From the NCBI GenBank assembly GCA_963802945.1, contig CAWDKY010000014.1, positions 128,001-192,000 on the forward strand: 64,000 bases of DNA, read 5' to 3'. Origin of the DNA: an uncultured delta proteobacterium (GTDB lineage Bacteria > Desulfobacterota > RBG-13-43-22). Of the stretch, positions 62,315 through 64,000 are shown piece by piece. Made by a program: the position numbers and the translations under genes. Every line of letters begins with the position of its first letter. Positions within the stretch are counted from its first letter, which is position 1. Under the pieces are notes generated by a model. The model was not told the origin of the DNA. It saw only the letters and a program-made list of their open reading frames with translations, and did not search any database.

Positions 62315-62866
62315 CTAGTATTTCGCAACCCAAGCCGCGAAGGCTTCCATGAACTTTACGAGAAATTCCCGAGTTGCTTCATTCTTAATAGTTCCATCCG
62401 CATCGAAGAGCTGCGCAGCACCGCCGATGTAGGCCTCAGGCTGCGGCATGGTGGGAATATCCAGGAATACGAGAGATTGCCGGAGATGATGATTGGCGCC
62501 AAAGCCGCCAATGGCACCCGGGGAAACGCTTATCACCGCACCAGGCTTTCCTCCCCAGACACTTTGGCCGAAGGGCCGCGATCCTACATCAAGAGCGTTC
62601 TTTAGCACGGCGGGAACGGATCGGTTGTATTCCGGTGTGATGAACAGCACGCCGTCAAAAGATTTCACCCGCTGCCGGAACTCTATCCAGGCCGAAGGCG
62701 GCTTTCCCTCATCATCATAGTCTTGATTGTAGAGTGCCAGCCCGCCGATTTCGACAATTTCAAACATGAGTGATTCAGGCGCCAGTGCGATAAGCGCCTT
62801 GGCCATTTTCCGATTGAAGGATTCTTTGCGAAGGCTTCCTACAAAAACAGCAATCTTTTTAGTCAT
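62315..62866 (-). CDS. NAD(P)H-dependent FMN reductase (ChrR-like)
   Basis: GSLRKESFN, TPEYNRS, LKNALD, GGFGANHHLRQ. Confidence 0.93.
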   Translation of the reverse strand: MTKKIAVFVGSLRKESFNRKMAKALIALAPESLMFEIVEIGGLALYNQDYDDEGKPPSAWIEFRQRVKSFDGVLFITPEYNRSVPAVLKNALDVGSRPFGQSVWGGKPGAVISVSPGAIGGFGANHHLRQSLVFLDIPTMPQPEAYIGGAAQLFDADGTIKNEATREFLVKFMEAFAAWVAKY

Positions 62867-63067
62867 TCTTTATCCTCCCTCTTTATTGACTCTTTGGATG
62901 GTTATCCAATTCGTGGTGACCCAGGGGTCGGGCCTGAAACCCAAAAGTACGAAAAACGCCCTTTTTATCCCCCAAAAACTCATTATAGGCCCTTTTTAGA
63001 GGGCTCAGACGATAGTATTCCCTGCTAGATTAATCAGCTCCCGTGGGCCGACCCCATCCCTACTTGG

Positions 63068-64000
63068 TTAATCTCCCGATTCTTTCTTTCCCTTGCAACG
63101 ATCCAGTTTTGGATCCATCCATGGGAGAATTTTTTCCGCAGGAATCTTATGTGTTGGACCAAAGTAAGAATAGTCTTTAGACCAATAATAAGGTGGGATG
63201 TTGAAAGAGACCTTCTGTTGCTCGGGGGGAACAAATTCGTTTATATGCATATCCTCGATAACTTTGTGGTCGCAGGCCCGCATTTTGAACACCTGCCCGT
63301 TTTCTTCTTGATAGGCATCTCCCTCCCAGACCTTGATGATCTTTTCTGCATCCGTACTGCCGGCCCTTTCGATTACACTCATTAGCCAATAAACCTCCAT
63401 CGCTCCCCCAATATCGATTGTATAAGTCCCCTTGAAGGACATCTTAAATTTGCTGTTATACATTTTGTAGAATTTAATATTTTCTGGTGTTTTGAAGGTC
63501 GGATTATCACTCTGATACCCGACAAGCTGCACCAAACCTTTTGATCTCTCGACTCCGATGTCGCTAAGGGCATTGGGATCAGATAGGAAAATGTGGGCAA
63601 AAGGAAGCTTGACCCCCATTTGCCTGGTTTGTTTAAGGAGGTTGGCAGCGTCCGGAATCCAGTCACCCGTGAAAATCACTTCAGCACCAGAGGCCTTTAT
63701 CTTCGTAACATAAGGGGCATAGTCAGTCAGATACAGCTTATGATAATCCTCACCGACGATCTGGGCTTCGGGATAATATTCTTTTAAGCCCTTTTTAAAC
63801 GACTCGGCCAGGTCATGGCCGAACATGTAATCCTGACAGATAATATAAAACTTTTTTTCTTTTTTTCTTATTTGTCCATAATAATAGGCGAAGCCTTTGC
63901 CAACCTGTGAAGTCGAATACATGGTCATGAAGGCGTAGCGGGAAAAATTCGTGGCGTCCATGAGTTCGTCGGATAAGGAAGCCATGTTCTGTGAAATAAT
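63068..64000 (-). CDS. Branched-chain amino acid ABC-type substrate-binding protein (5' end outside the window)
   Basis: QDYMFGHD, TDYAPYVTKIKASGAEVIFTGDW, MRACDH; frame open to the window edge. Confidence 0.85.
   Translation of the reverse strand: MISQNMASLSDELMDATNFSRYAFMTMYSTSQVGKGFAYYYGQIRKKEKKFYIICQDYMFGHDLAESFKKGLKEYYPEAQIVGEDYHKLYLTDYAPYVTKIKASGAEVIFTGDWIPDAANLLKQTRQMGVKLPFAHIFLSDPNALSDIGVERSKGLVQLVGYQSDNPTFKTPENIKFYKMYNSKFKMSFKGTYTIDIGGAMEVYWLMSVIERAGSTDAEKIIKVWEGDAYQEENGQVFKMRACDHKVIEDMHINEFVPPEQQKVSFNIPPYYWSKDYSYFGPTHKIPAEKILPWMDPKLDRCKGKKESGD

Overview
A 64-kb stretch of bacterial chromosome. Gene style and repeat families suggest an anaerobic Desulfobacterota/deltaproteobacterium (inference only). 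In order: a c-di-GMP patch (HD-GYP, GGDEF remnant, PilZ), sodC, GAF-gap, catabolic genes (SDR, CocE/NonD hydrolase, quinone oxidoreductase, two tandem membrane alpha/beta-hydrolases, O-methyltransferase, orphan SdhA-like flavoprotein, paired acyl-CoA dehydrogenases, 3-hydroxyacyl-CoA dehydrogenase), a three-cassette integron-type array with attC sites and no integrase nearby (22.7-24.7 kb), housekeeping genes (mpl, ppx-like, guaB, guaA, dnaE, rimO, MoeB/ThiF, ferredoxin, UvrD-like, Hsp20) and a complete shikimate/Phe/Tyr supra-operon. The strongest unannotated signals are: (1) a 28-aa leader peptide with nine consecutive aromatic codons (FWYYFYYYF) plus mutually exclusive antiterminator and terminator ahead of the aro operon; (2) the cassette array, which carries HEPN-like, PD-(D/E)xK-like and B-box zinc-finger genes; (3) an 80-nt promoter-proximal structured leader found twice in front of unrelated genes; (4) inverted 7-9-mer repeat elements, one carrying a four-helix-bundle gene and one lying in frame in the 5' end of rimO; (5) nested MITE/REP elements. 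No rRNA, tRNA or CRISPR array was seen. Several single-base frameshifts may be sequencing errors. All calls are from reading the sequence; no searches were run.
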